A DNA stretch of 64,000 nt, taken from the NCBI GenBank assembly GCA_015064315.1, contig SVSL01000005.1:182-64181 (forward strand), written 5' to 3'. Within the stretch, counting starts at the first letter, position 1. Each line of letters begins with the position of its first letter. The notes under the pieces were generated by a model that was not told the origin of the DNA, searched no databases, and worked only from the letters and a program-made list of their open reading frames with translations. Shown one piece after another: positions 34,837 through 45,403 of this stretch. Origin of the DNA: Oscillospiraceae bacterium (lineage in GTDB: Bacteria; Bacillota; Clostridia; Oscillospirales; CAG-272). The position numbers and the translations under genes are program-made.

Positions 34837-36345
34837 ATGACAATCAAAATTTTACTTCTCGTTGTTTTCGTCGGCATCACCGTTCTCGTTGGTGTCACGT
34901 GCCGTAAGCATTCCACAAACGTGGACAGCTTTGTTCTTGGCGGACGCTCGGTAGGCCCTTGGCTTACCGCCTTCGCATACGGAACCTCCTACTTTTCGGC
35001 GGTGATCTTCATCGGCTACGCCGGGCAGTTTGGCTGGAGATTCGGGCTTGCTTCCACTTGGATCGGAATTGGAAACGCCTTGATCGGATCTCTCTTGGCT
35101 TGGGTGGTTCTTGGATCGCGCACCCGCGCCATGGCGCAGCACTATGGAAGCTCCACCATGCCCGATTTTTTTGGCAAGCGTTACGGATCAAACGCTCTCA
35201 AGATCGCGGCAGCTCTCATCGTATTCGTATTTCTCATTCCTTACACCGCATCCCTGTACAACGGACTTTCCCGTCTGTTTGAGATGGCGTTCCGCGTGGA
35301 CTACACGGTCTGCATCGTCGCAATGGCGATTCTGACCTGCGTTTACGTGGTGGCAGGCGGCTACATGGCAACCGCCATCAATGATTTCTTGCAGGGAATG
35401 ATCATGCTCATCGGCATTGTTGCCGTGGTGCTGGCGGTGCTCAATACCAACGGCGGCTTGACCGAGGCGGTCAGATCTCTTGGAGAGATCTCCGACAAAA
35501 GCGTTGCCACAGGGGATTTTACCTCGATCTTGGGCCCCGATCCCTTCAATCTGATCTGCGTGATCATTCTGACCTCTCTCGGTACTTGGGGGCTTCCGCA
35601 GATGGTGGGAAAATTCTACGCCATCAAGGATCGGCAGGCGATTCGGAAGGGAACCGTCGTTTCCACCGTGTTTGCGCTGGTGGTTGCCGGCGGATGCTAC
35701 TTCCTTGGAGGCTTTGGCAGACTGTACGCCGCGGAGGTTCCCACCAATGAAAAGGGCGTGATCTACGACGCGATCATTCCCACCATGCTCCAAAAGCTTC
35801 CCGATCTGCTCATTGCCGTCATCGTGGTGCTGGTGCTTTCGGCATCCATGTCCACCCTGTCCTCGCTGGTATTGACCTCCTCCTCCACCATGACGCTGGA
35901 TCTGATCAAAGGGAAGCGTCAGATGAAGGAGAAAAAGCAGGTTCTCATCATGCGTGTGCTCATTGTTTTCTTCGTGGCGGTATCCTCGGTGATCGCCGTT
36001 TTGCAGTACAAGTTTGGATTTGCGTTTATCGCTCAGCTCATGGGACTTTCCTGGGGCGCGTTGGCAGGGGCGTTCCTCGCTCCCTTCCTCTACGGCTTGT
36101 ACTGGAAGCGCACCTCCGGAGCATCGGTTTGGGTATGCTTCGGCTTTGGCACGGTTGTCATGCTGGTCAACACCTTTGCGCCCTCCCTGTTTCCCGCGTG
36201 GCTGCGTTCTCCCATCAACTGCGGCGCGTTCGTTATGCTGGCGGGGCTGGTGATTGTTCCCATTGTTAGCCTTCTTGCCCCCAAAAAGGTAGAAAATCAA
36301 GTAGAAGAAGCGTTTTCTGCCTTGAAAAATGCAGAAAAAGATTGA
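34837..36345 (+). CDS. Sodium:solute symporter (SSS family, PutP/PanF-like)
   Basis: About 13 TM helices and an N-terminal region typical of the SSS family. AAAGGAAGG ribosome site before the ATG at 34837. Confidence 0.82.
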   Translation: MTIKILLLVVFVGITVLVGVTCRKHSTNVDSFVLGGRSVGPWLTAFAYGTSYFSAVIFIGYAGQFGWRFGLASTWIGIGNALIGSLLAWVVLGSRTRAMAQHYGSSTMPDFFGKRYGSNALKIAAALIVFVFLIPYTASLYNGLSRLFEMAFRVDYTVCIVAMAILTCVYVVAGGYMATAINDFLQGMIMLIGIVAVVLAVLNTNGGLTEAVRSLGEISDKSVATGDFTSILGPDPFNLICVIILTSLGTWGLPQMVGKFYAIKDRQAIRKGTVVSTVFALVVAGGCYFLGGFGRLYAAEVPTNEKGVIYDAIIPTMLQKLPDLLIAVIVVLVLSASMSTLSSLVLTSSSTMTLDLIKGKRQMKEKKQVLIMRVLIVFFVAVSSVIAVLQYKFGFAFIAQLMGLSWGALAGAFLAPFLYGLYWKRTSGASVWVCFGFGTVVMLVNTFAPSLFPAWLRSPINCGAFVMLAGLVIVPIVSLLAPKKVENQVEEAFSALKNAEKD

Positions 36346-36370
36346 CAGAACCTCTGAAAAGAGTTATAAT
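36342..36370 (+). promoter_or_regulatory. Promoter of the aryl-pyruvate operon, overlapping the symporter stop codon
   Basis: TTGACA (36342..36347), 17 nt, TATAAT (36365..36370). Confidence 0.6.
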
Positions 36371-36406
36371 ATAAGGTATAGATAAAGAAAAGGATCAAAA
36401 AAGAAC

Positions 36407-38047
36407 ATGATTATTACCGATTTTTTGACACGGAACGCCAAGGAGTTTGGCAATGACGTGGCGCTGGTGGAAATCAATCCCCAGGCGCAAACCAATCAGC
36501 GAATTACCTGGAAGGAATTCTCCCTCATCGAGTCCAACCCCAACAGTGCCTCGGTTCGTACCGAGATGACCTGGGAGGAGTTTGACCGCAAATCCAACCT
36601 CTTTGCCAACCTGCTGCTTTCTCGCGGCATCAAAAAGGGGGATAAGGTTGCCATTCTGCTCATGAACTGTCTGGAGTGGCTTCCCATTTACTTTGGTATT
36701 CTCAAGACGGGTGCTCTTGCCGTTCCGCTGAACTATCGCTACACCTCGGAGGAGATCCGCTACTGCCTCAAGCTGGCGGATGTTTCGGTGCTGGTCTTCG
36801 GCCCCGAGTTTATCGGACGCGTGGAGGAGATCTGCGACCGCATTCCCAAGGTGAAGTTCAATTTTTACGTAGGTGCCGACTGCCCTCGCTTTGCCGAGAG
36901 CTACGATAAGCTGGTGAATTACTGCTCGGCAAGCGATCCCGCGATCTCGCTGACAGAACAGGATTTTGCCGCAATCTATTTCTCTTCGGGAACCACAGGC
37001 TTTCCCAAGGCGATCTTACACACCCACGAGGCACTGGTGCATTCCTGCCGTGTGGAGCAGAACCACCACGGACAGACCAAGGACGACGTCTTCCTCTGCA
37101 TCCCGCCCCTCTATCACACGGGTGCCAAGATGCACTGGTTCGGTTCTTTGATCGTTGGCGGCAGAGCTGTGCTTCTCAAGGGCGTGAAGCCCGAGTGGAT
37201 CCTCAAGGCGGTCTCCGAGGAAAAGTGCAGCATCGTTTGGCTCTTGGTGCCGTGGGCGCAGGATCTTCTGGATGCCGTCGATCGCGGTGACATTGAGCTT
37301 TCCCACTATGATCTCTCCAGATGGCGTCTGATGCACATCGGCGCACAGCCCGTTCCCCCCAGCCTGATCAAGAGATGGTTTGGATATTTCCCCAATCACC
37401 AGTACGACACCAACTACGGTCTGAGCGAATCCATTGGTCCCGGATGCGTGCATCTTGGCGTGGAGAACCCCCACAAGGTGGGCGCCATCGGTAAGGCGGG
37501 CTACGGTTGGGAGGTCAAGATTCTTGATTCCGATCACAACGAGGTTGCAAAGGGTGAGGTCGGTGAGCTTGCCGTCAAGGGCCCCGGCGTGATGAAGTGC
37601 TACTACAACGATGAAAAATCCACCGCCGAGGTGCTTTCCCCCGACGGATGGCTCTACACGGGCGATATGGCGCGTGAGGACGAGGAGGGATTTTTGTATC
37701 TGGTAGACCGCAAGAAGGACGTGATCATTTCGGGCGGTGAGAACATTTACCCCGTTCAGATCGAGGATTACATCCGCCGTCACGATGCCGTCAAGGACGT
37801 TGCCGTGATCGGTGTCCGCGACAGACGCCTCGGCGAGATCGCCGTTGCCGTTGTGGAGGCAAAGGAGGGCTTTACCCTGGATGATGCCGAGATGATCGAT
37901 TTTTGCGCGGGACTTCCCAGATATAAGAGACCCCACAGATATATTTTTGCAGAGGTCCCCAGAAATCCCACGGGTAAGATCGAAAAGCCCAAGCTGCGCA
38001 AGATGTATGCAGGCGACAGCGTAGTGGCACAGCAGATCGAAGAGTAA
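36407..38047 (+). CDS. AMP-dependent acyl-CoA synthetase/ligase (class I adenylate-forming)
   Basis: SSGTTGFPKA (A3 motif), YGLSE, GWLYTGD, PRNPTGKIEK. Confidence 0.85.
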   Translation: MIITDFLTRNAKEFGNDVALVEINPQAQTNQRITWKEFSLIESNPNSASVRTEMTWEEFDRKSNLFANLLLSRGIKKGDKVAILLMNCLEWLPIYFGILKTGALAVPLNYRYTSEEIRYCLKLADVSVLVFGPEFIGRVEEICDRIPKVKFNFYVGADCPRFAESYDKLVNYCSASDPAISLTEQDFAAIYFSSGTTGFPKAILHTHEALVHSCRVEQNHHGQTKDDVFLCIPPLYHTGAKMHWFGSLIVGGRAVLLKGVKPEWILKAVSEEKCSIVWLLVPWAQDLLDAVDRGDIELSHYDLSRWRLMHIGAQPVPPSLIKRWFGYFPNHQYDTNYGLSESIGPGCVHLGVENPHKVGAIGKAGYGWEVKILDSDHNEVAKGEVGELAVKGPGVMKCYYNDEKSTAEVLSPDGWLYTGDMAREDEEGFLYLVDRKKDVIISGGENIYPVQIEDYIRRHDAVKDVAVIGVRDRRLGEIAVAVVEAKEGFTLDDAEMIDFCAGLPRYKRPHRYIFAEVPRNPTGKIEKPKLRKMYAGDSVVAQQIEE

Positions 38048-38068
38048 ACGAAGAAAGGTTACATAAAC

Positions 38069-39826
38069 ATGAAAAAATTATTGCTTGGAAATCACGCCGT
38101 AGCACGCGGCGCGTATGAGGCGGGAGTCAGAGTGGTTTCCTCTTATCCCGGTACCCCCAGCACCGAGATCACCGAAGCCATCGCGACCTATGACGCAAAT
38201 GAGGTCTATGCCGAGTGGGCGCCCAACGAAAAGGTTGCCTGCGAGGTTGCCATTGGTGCTTCCATCGGCGGCGGCAGATCCATGACCTGCTGTAAGCACG
38301 TGGGGCTGAACGTCATGGCTGACCCCGTATTCACGGCGGCTTACACCGGTGTCAACGGCGGCTTTGTCATTTGCGTTGCCGACGATCCCGGTATGCATTC
38401 CTCTCAGAACGAGCAGGATTCCAGACACTACGCCAAGGCGGCAAAGCTCTGTATGCTGGAGCCCTCGGATTCCTCCGAATGCAAGGAATTTACCAAGGCT
38501 GCATTCACTCTCTCCGAGGAATTTGATATCCCCATGATGATCCGTCTTTCCACCCGTGTTTCCCACTCCCAGGGACTGGTGGAGATCTGTGACAGAGAGA
38601 ACGTGGAGCTGAAGCCTTACGAGAAGAATATTGGAAAATACGTGATGATGCCCGCCAATGCAAAGCTCCGTCACGTGACCGTGGAGAAGCGTCAAGCATC
38701 TCTTGCGGAATACGCCGAGAACTGCCCCTTCAACACCGTGGAGCACGCCGAGGGCGCTAAGATCGGTGTGATCACCGGCGGCACCTCTTATCTCTACGCC
38801 AAGGAAGCTTTGGGCGACCGCGTAGGCTACCTCAAGCTGGGTATGTCCTATCCTCTGCCCACCAAGCTCATCAAGGACTTTGCCGAGAAGTATGAAAAGG
38901 TATACGTCATCGAGGAGCTGGATCCCTTTGTGGAGGAGCATTGCCGCAACGTGGGCGTGACCAACCTCGTTGGTAAGGAAGCCTTTACTCTCCTTGGCGA
39001 ATACACTCCCACCATGATCAAAAAGGTGATCTTCGGCGAGGATGCCGAGGAGCATTTCGATTTGCAGGAGACCATTCCCGTACGTCCTCCCGTCATGTGC
39101 GCGGGATGCCCTCACAGAGGCACCTTCTACGTGCTCAAGAAGCTGGGACTGACGGTTTCGGGCGACATTGGATGCTACACGTTGGGTGCAGTTGCGCCCC
39201 TGATGTCAGTTGATACCACCATCTGCATGGGCGCGTCGGTTTCCGCCGCTCTGGGTATGGCAAAGGCAAGAGGCGAGGAATTTAACAAGAAGCTGGTATC
39301 CGTCATCGGTGACTCCACCTTTATGCATTCGGGTATTACCGGTCTGATCGACATCGTTTATAACAAGGGCAACAATACCGTCATCATTCTGGATAATTCC
39401 ATCACGGGTATGACGGGACATCAGGAGAATCCCACCACGGGCTACACCATCCGTGGCGAGGAGACCCGTCAGGTCAACCTCTTGGCGCTCTGCAAGGCAA
39501 TCGGCGTGGAGCACGTTGTGGTTGCTGATCCCTTTGATCTGAAGAACTTTGAAAAGGTTGTTAAGGAAGAGACCGAGAGAGAAGCTCCCTCGGTAATCAT
39601 TGCCCAGCGTCCTTGCGCTCTGCTCAAGAGATTCAAGTACAGCGGCAGATGCGAGATCAATACCGAAAAGTGCAAGCAGTGCAAGCTTTGCATGAAGCTG
39701 GGATGCCCCGCGATCTCCGTGGGCGAGGACGGCAAGACCGTTAAGATCGACGCAACCCAGTGCAACGGCTGCGGACTTTGTACCAATCTGTGCCCCTTCG
39801 GCGCAATCGAGAAGAAGGAGGTTTGA
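38069..39826 (+). CDS. iorA: Indolepyruvate:ferredoxin oxidoreductase subunit alpha
   Basis: LLLGNHAVARGAYEAGV...SYPGTPSTEI, a TPP-binding region, and two C-terminal ferredoxin-type cysteine motifs (CxxCxxCxxxCP and CxxCxxCxxxCP). Confidence 0.9.
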   Translation: MKKLLLGNHAVARGAYEAGVRVVSSYPGTPSTEITEAIATYDANEVYAEWAPNEKVACEVAIGASIGGGRSMTCCKHVGLNVMADPVFTAAYTGVNGGFVICVADDPGMHSSQNEQDSRHYAKAAKLCMLEPSDSSECKEFTKAAFTLSEEFDIPMMIRLSTRVSHSQGLVEICDRENVELKPYEKNIGKYVMMPANAKLRHVTVEKRQASLAEYAENCPFNTVEHAEGAKIGVITGGTSYLYAKEALGDRVGYLKLGMSYPLPTKLIKDFAEKYEKVYVIEELDPFVEEHCRNVGVTNLVGKEAFTLLGEYTPTMIKKVIFGEDAEEHFDLQETIPVRPPVMCAGCPHRGTFYVLKKLGLTVSGDIGCYTLGAVAPLMSVDTTICMGASVSAALGMAKARGEEFNKKLVSVIGDSTFMHSGITGLIDIVYNKGNNTVIILDNSITGMTGHQENPTTGYTIRGEETRQVNLLALCKAIGVEHVVVADPFDLKNFEKVVKEETEREAPSVIIAQRPCALLKRFKYSGRCEINTEKCKQCKLCMKLGCPAISVGEDGKTVKIDATQCNGCGLCTNLCPFGAIEKKEV

Positions 39827-39829
39827 GTC

Positions 39830-40399
39830 ATGACCAAGAATATTATGATCGTTGGCGTAGGCGGACAGGGAACCCTGCTTGCCAGCCGTATTTTAGGCAA
39901 CGCCATTATTTCGCAGGGCTATGACGTCAAGCTTTCCGAGGTGCACGGCATGAGCCAGCGCGGCGGTAGCGTGGTTACTTACGTAAAATTCGGTGAGAAG
40001 GTTTATTCTCCCATTATCGATATGGGCGAGGCGGATATCATCCTTGCCTTTGAAAAGCTGGAGGCTTATCGCTACTTGCCCTACCTGAAAAAGGGCGGCA
40101 AGATGATCATGAACGCTCAGGAGACGGCTCCCATGCCCGTGATCATCGGCGCGATGAAATACCCCGAGGCACTTTCTGAGAAGATCGCGGACGCCGCGGA
40201 TCTCTGCGAGGTAGATGCCCTTGCCATTGCCAACGAGCTGGGCAACGTGCGTGTTGTGAACGTGGTTCTCATCGGTGTGATGGCGAAAAACACCGACATT
40301 CCCTACGAAACATGGGTGGAGACCATCAAAACCACCGTTCCTCCCAAGGCACTTGAGGTCAACCTCAAGGCGTTTGACGCAGGCTACAATCTGATTTAA
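39830..40399 (+). CDS. iorB: Indolepyruvate:ferredoxin oxidoreductase subunit beta
   Basis: IMIVGVGGQGTLLAS...HGMSQRGGSV, immediately after iorA. Confidence 0.85.
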   Translation: MTKNIMIVGVGGQGTLLASRILGNAIISQGYDVKLSEVHGMSQRGGSVVTYVKFGEKVYSPIIDMGEADIILAFEKLEAYRYLPYLKKGGKMIMNAQETAPMPVIIGAMKYPEALSEKIADAADLCEVDALAIANELGNVRVVNVVLIGVMAKNTDIPYETWVETIKTTVPPKALEVNLKAFDAGYNLI

Positions 40400-40431
40400 T
40401 TTTTTTCCAATACGAAAGGAAGTGTTTGTAA

Positions 40432-41748
40432 ATGGCAAGCTACCCCATGCACCAACCCGAAATTGAAACCATGCCCCGCGAGGAGCTGAAAAAGCTGCAA
40501 AGCGAAAGACTCGTGGCACAGGTTGCCAGAATGTATGAAAGAGTACCCCTCTTCCGCAAGAGAATGGACGAAAAGGGTCTGAAGCCATCGGATATTCACG
40601 GAGTGGAGGATCTGCACAAGTTGCCCTTCGCTTACAAGAGCGATCTGCGCGACGAATACCCTTACGGACTTTTTGCAGAGCCTTTGGAGAACATCGTGCG
40701 TATTCACGCCTCCAGCGGTACCACGGGCAAGCAGATCGTGGTTGGTTATACCAAGAATGATCTTGACATGTGGGCTGATTGCGTGGCAAGAATGATCCGC
40801 GCCATCGGTGGCTCCGAAAAGGATATCGTTCAGGTCTCCTACGGCTACGGACTCTTTACCGGCGGTCTTGGCGCCCATGACGGCGCAACCAAGGTAGGCG
40901 CAACCGTTGTTCCTACCTCTGCCGGTAACACCGCACGTCAGATCCAGACCATGATCGATTTCGGCTCTACCGTGCTTTGCTGCACCCCCTCTTATGCCAT
41001 GTATCTGGGCGAAGCCATTGAGGAAATGGGCGTCAAGGATAAGCTCTCTCTCAAGGCAGGTATTTTCGGTGCCGAGCCCTGGACCGAGGACATGAGAGCC
41101 GCCATTGAGGAAAAGCTCAACATCAAGGCTTACGATATTTACGGACTTTCCGAGATCATGGGTCCCGGCGTTTCCTACGAGTGCGAGTGCCAGGCAGGCA
41201 TGCATATCTGCGAGGATAACTTTATTGCCGAGATCATTGACCCCGACACCGAAGAGGTTCTCCCCTACGGCGCGCAGGGTGAATTGGTATTCACCACCCT
41301 GACCAAGGAGGGCTTCCCCGTGATCCGCTATCGCACCCGTGACATTTGTACCCTCAACGCAGAGCCCTGCGCTTGCGGCAGAACCCATATCCGTATGGCA
41401 AAGCCCGCGGGTAGAAGCGACGACATGCTGATCATTCGCGGTGTTAACGTATTCCCGTCCCAGATCGAGGAGGTGCTCCTCAAGATCGGAGGCTCGGTGA
41501 CCCCCAACTATCAGATCATCGTGGGACGTGAAAACAACACCGATACGCTGGATATCAACGTGGAAATGAGCGCCGAGCTCTTTGCCGATGACGTCAAGTC
41601 TATCGAGAAGGTAGAAAAGACCATTGTAAACGAGCTCCGCAACGTGTTGGGACTGGGTGCCAAGGTGCATTTGGTGAACCCCAAGACCATTGCCCGCAGC
41701 GAGGGTAAGGCAAAGAGGATCATCGACAACCGTAATCTTTATAAATAA
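40432..41748 (+). CDS. paaK: Phenylacetate-CoA ligase family protein
   Basis: The N-terminal [27 protein letters not shown] and the rest are typical PaaK. Confidence 0.85.
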   Translation: MASYPMHQPEIETMPREELKKLQSERLVAQVARMYERVPLFRKRMDEKGLKPSDIHGVEDLHKLPFAYKSDLRDEYPYGLFAEPLENIVRIHASSGTTGKQIVVGYTKNDLDMWADCVARMIRAIGGSEKDIVQVSYGYGLFTGGLGAHDGATKVGATVVPTSAGNTARQIQTMIDFGSTVLCCTPSYAMYLGEAIEEMGVKDKLSLKAGIFGAEPWTEDMRAAIEEKLNIKAYDIYGLSEIMGPGVSYECECQAGMHICEDNFIAEIIDPDTEEVLPYGAQGELVFTTLTKEGFPVIRYRTRDICTLNAEPCACGRTHIRMAKPAGRSDDMLIIRGVNVFPSQIEEVLLKIGGSVTPNYQIIVGRENNTDTLDINVEMSAELFADDVKSIEKVEKTIVNELRNVLGLGAKVHLVNPKTIARSEGKAKRIIDNRNLYK

Positions 41749-41771
41749 TGCGGGAAAGAGAGGAAAATGAG

Positions 41772-42203
41772 ATGTTTATCAAGCAGCTTTCGATTTTTGT
41801 AGAGAACCAAAAGGGCGGTCTTGCCGAAATCTTGGCAGAGCTGGGAAGCAACGGCATCGACATTTGTGCGCTTTCCTTGGCGGATACCACCGACTTTGGT
41901 ATTTTGAGAATGATCGTGGATGATGCCGAGAAGGCAAAGAATGTTCTGATCAACCACGGCGTTGTGGTAAAGATCAATCAGGTGCTGGGTCTTGCCGTGG
42001 ATGATACTCCCGGCGGATTGGCAAGCGCGCTGTCTGCTTTGCATGCAGGCGACATTGCCATTGAGTATATGTACGCCTTTGTAGGCGAAAGTGACAAGCA
42101 CGCCATGGTGGTGCTTCGTACCGATGATAACGAAAAGGCACTGGAGACTCTCAAGGCGGCAGGCGCATCGATCCTGACCGAGGCAGATATCCGCAGAAAG
42201 TAA
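41772..42203 (+). CDS. ACT-domain protein
   Basis: MFIKQLSIFVENQKGGLAEILAELGSNGIDICALSLADTTDFGILRMIV is a tandem-ACT pattern commonly found next to paaK/iorAB. Confidence 0.72.
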   Translation: MFIKQLSIFVENQKGGLAEILAELGSNGIDICALSLADTTDFGILRMIVDDAEKAKNVLINHGVVVKINQVLGLAVDDTPGGLASALSALHAGDIAIEYMYAFVGESDKHAMVVLRTDDNEKALETLKAAGASILTEADIRRK

Positions 42204-42229
42204 TTTTTTTCCGAAAGGAATCTATCAAC

Positions 42230-43417
42230 ATGATCAACGAAACTATGTACGGGCTGGGAAGCAAGCGATCGGTCATTCGCGAGATCTTTGAGTTTGGCAA
42301 TCGCCGCAGAGCCGAGATCGGTGCCGATAAGGTGTTTGATTTCAGCCTTGGAAATCCTTCCGTGCCCGCTCCCCGTGAGGTGGAGGAGGCAATTTTGGAT
42401 CTGGTAAAGAATTCCGATCCCATCGCTCTCCACGGCTATACCTCGGCGCAGGGAGATGCAGGCGTTCGTCGCGCCATTGCCGAGGATCTCAATGCGAGAT
42501 ACCAAACGAGCATCAGCCCCGACAGCATTTACATGACCTGCGGAGCGGCGGCATCCCTTTGCATTACCCTCAAGGCGCTCAATGCTTCGGCTGACGATGA
42601 ATATATCACCTTTACCCCCTTCTTCCCCGAGTACCGCGTATTCGTGGAGGCGGCAGGCGGAAGGCTGGTTGCCGTGGCATCCGATCCCAAGGATTTTCAA
42701 ATCGACATGAACGCCTTTGAAGCAGCGATCACTCCCAACACCAAGGCGGTCATCGTCAACTCTCCCAACAACCCTTCGGGCGTTGTGTTTACGGCGGAGA
42801 AGCTGAAGGCGGCTTGCGCGCTGATGAAAAAGAAGTCTGCCGAGTACGGCCATCCCATCTATCTCATTTCGGATGAGCCCTACCGTGAGCTGGTGTACGA
42901 TGGCAGGGAAGTACCTTTCCTTGTAAACTACTACGAAAATACCATCGTTTGCTATTCCTTTAGCAAATCCCTCTCGCTTCCCGGCGAGCGCATTGGATAT
43001 ATTGCGCTTTCGGATCAGCTGGAGGAGGAAAGACGCATTTATGCCGCCGTGTGCGGCGCGGGAAGAGCCCTTGGCTACGTTTGCGCGCCCAGCATGATGC
43101 AAAGAGTGGTGGTCAAGTGCCTTGGAAAGACCGCGGATACCTCGGTTTATAAGACCAACCGCGATCTGCTTTATAACGCGCTGACCGAGTACGGATATAC
43201 CTGTATTTATCCCGATGGTGCCTTCTATCTCTTTGTCAAATCCCCCGTGGAGGACGCGGGCGCCTTCTGCATGAAGGCAAGAGACTACGAGCTTTTGTTG
43301 GTTCCCGCCGATGATTTCGGTACCCCCGGCTTTGTCCGCATCGCTTATTGCGTGAGCACCGAGCAGATCCAAAACGCTCTGCCCGCGTTCAAGAAATTGA
43401 TGGAAAATTATCAATAA
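42230..43417 (+). CDS. Class I/II PLP-dependent aminotransferase (aspartate/aromatic type)
   Basis: NPSGVV, SFSKSLSLPGERIGY (Schiff-base Lys), about 395 aa. Confidence 0.85.
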   Translation: MINETMYGLGSKRSVIREIFEFGNRRRAEIGADKVFDFSLGNPSVPAPREVEEAILDLVKNSDPIALHGYTSAQGDAGVRRAIAEDLNARYQTSISPDSIYMTCGAAASLCITLKALNASADDEYITFTPFFPEYRVFVEAAGGRLVAVASDPKDFQIDMNAFEAAITPNTKAVIVNSPNNPSGVVFTAEKLKAACALMKKKSAEYGHPIYLISDEPYRELVYDGREVPFLVNYYENTIVCYSFSKSLSLPGERIGYIALSDQLEEERRIYAAVCGAGRALGYVCAPSMMQRVVVKCLGKTADTSVYKTNRDLLYNALTEYGYTCIYPDGAFYLFVKSPVEDAGAFCMKARDYELLLVPADDFGTPGFVRIAYCVSTEQIQNALPAFKKLMENYQ

Positions 43418-43427
43418 AGTAGACAGA

Positions 43428-43456
43428 CCTTCCCGACGGTTGTTGGGAAGGTTTTT
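43428..43456 (+). terminator. Intrinsic terminator
   Basis: CCTTCCC-10 nt-GGGAAGG followed by TTTTT. Confidence 0.75.
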
Positions 43457-43509
43457 CTATTATAATCTAAACTATTTGTTGAAATTTTTATCTTTTTGGT
43501 TGAACAGGG

Positions 43510-43538
43510 TTGACAAACGCCGTTTTGTTTGATAAAAT
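43510..43538 (+). promoter_or_regulatory. Promoter of the ABC exporter operon
   Basis: TTGACA (43510..43515), 17 nt, TAAAAT (43533..43538). This excludes the ORF-track start at 43529. Confidence 0.6.
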
Positions 43539-43570
43539 TATCATATCAAATTTATGAAAAGAGCTTTGGT

Positions 43571-45403
43571 ATGAAACAAAAACAAGCAAAAAAGAAAACG
43601 GATTGGAGAAGGACCTGGCAAAATAATCGCTACATGCTGGGATTGATTCATAAAGCCCACCCATGGATCATCCCCGTGTCACTGTTTAGCGCTGTATTGG
43701 GGGCAAGCTCGGCGTTTCTCACCAGAACCTATCTGCTCAGCTACGTACTCAATGCCATGCAAGAGGGGAAGAGCTTGAAGAAGATTTTGATCACGGTAGG
43801 CTGTATTTTTGGCTTCGCTGTGCTGTGTGAGGTGTATTGGGTATTCCAGTCCTATTTTATGTCATTAAAATCTCCGTTGGTGGTGGCGTATATTCAAAAG
43901 CGTTTACAGCATAAGGCACGGACGGTGGAGTTGGCTTGCTTTGAGGATCCCGCGTTTTACGATACCTACATCAAAGCCGCGGATGAAGTGTCAAACCGAA
44001 CATGGCAGGTGTTGAACAACCTGAGCAATGTGGTTTGGGTGGTCATTAACACAGGAGCGACTATTACATTGATGATGACCATTGATTTCGTTTTTATTCT
44101 CATTGCGCTTTTGTTGTTGTGTTACACGCTTTTGATTGGCAAAAAGCGTAATCGGTTAAAATTTGAAAAACATCAGGTAAACAAGATCTGTGACCGTCAA
44201 AAGGAATATGTGCGCCGCACCTTTTATCTTTCGGATTTTTCCAAGGAGATGCGCCTGACCGAGATGTGGAAGGTTATGTTTCGGCAAATGAGCGCGAGCA
44301 TCAAGGAACAAAAAGCAAATTACGACAAGTACGGATATCCTCTGATGTGGATCGCGTATCTTTCCGATGTGATCGGGGATATCGTGGTGTATTTCGGCGC
44401 GATTCTGCTGGCGGCTTACAAAACGTTGATCAAAAAGAATATGCTGCTGGGCGATTGCTTTGTGGTCATCAACTCGGTTACCAATCTTGCGTATAATTTC
44501 AATTACGTGGGAGACGTTTTCCTAAGGCTGGATGAAAATTCGCTTTATATCGACAATTTACGCGCTTTTTTGGACTACGAGAGCAAAATGCCGGAGGATC
44601 CCCTTGCCCCTGAGACCGGTGCCTTTGAAACCTTGGAATTGAAGCAGGTTGGTTACACCTATAAGGATCAGGATAAGCCTGCTCTCGAAGGCGTCGATCT
44701 TTCGATCTCCAAAGGACAAAGGATCGCAATCGTAGGACATAACGGTGCGGGAAAATCCACATTGATCAAATTGATTCTGCGGCTTTACGATCCCACCGAG
44801 GGAACCGTTCTGTATAACGGGCGAGATATTCGGGACTACCGTCTTTCTAACTACCGCAGCCGCTTTGGGAGTGTCTTTCAGGATTACCGACTCTTTGCCG
44901 TCAGTGTTGCCGAAAACGTGATGCTAAGGAGTCATTTGACCGAGGAGGATCGAACAAGGGTATCCAATGCCCTTGAGAAAAGCGGAATTGCGGGGAAGAT
45001 CAACGGGCTTGAAAGAGGCATGGACACCAATGTGACACGGGAATTTGACGAGCAGGGGGTAATGTTCTCGGGCGGAGAAGCGCAAAAGATATCGATTGCG
45101 CGGATTTTCGCGGGAGAGCAGGAAATTGTTCTTTTGGATGAGCCAACCTCGGCATTGGATCCCATTGCCGAGCAGGAAATGTATAACAATATGTTTGCCG
45201 CCTGTGAAGGGAAGACCGTGATCTTTATTTCTCACCGCCTTTCTTGCGCCACTATGGCAGATCGCGTTTATCTCTTTGAAAACGGAAAAATTGCCGAAGC
45301 GGGAACCCACAGTGAATTGCTTGCCATGAACGGAAAATATGCCGATATGTGGCACAAGCAAGCAGATACCTATACAGATATGAGCGGGGAGGTGAAAGCA
45401 TGA
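43571..45403 (+). CDS. ABC transporter permease/ATP-binding protein (exporter half-transporter)
   Basis: 6-TM domain plus an NBD with GHNGAGKST (Walker A), SGGEAQK (signature) and LLDEPTSALD (Walker B). Confidence 0.85.
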   Translation: MKQKQAKKKTDWRRTWQNNRYMLGLIHKAHPWIIPVSLFSAVLGASSAFLTRTYLLSYVLNAMQEGKSLKKILITVGCIFGFAVLCEVYWVFQSYFMSLKSPLVVAYIQKRLQHKARTVELACFEDPAFYDTYIKAADEVSNRTWQVLNNLSNVVWVVINTGATITLMMTIDFVFILIALLLLCYTLLIGKKRNRLKFEKHQVNKICDRQKEYVRRTFYLSDFSKEMRLTEMWKVMFRQMSASIKEQKANYDKYGYPLMWIAYLSDVIGDIVVYFGAILLAAYKTLIKKNMLLGDCFVVINSVTNLAYNFNYVGDVFLRLDENSLYIDNLRAFLDYESKMPEDPLAPETGAFETLELKQVGYTYKDQDKPALEGVDLSISKGQRIAIVGHNGAGKSTLIKLILRLYDPTEGTVLYNGRDIRDYRLSNYRSRFGSVFQDYRLFAVSVAENVMLRSHLTEEDRTRVSNALEKSGIAGKINGLERGMDTNVTREFDEQGVMFSGGEAQKISIARIFAGEQEIVLLDEPTSALDPIAEQEMYNNMFAACEGKTVIFISHRLSCATMADRVYLFENGKIAEAGTHSELLAMNGKYADMWHKQADTYTDMSGEVKA

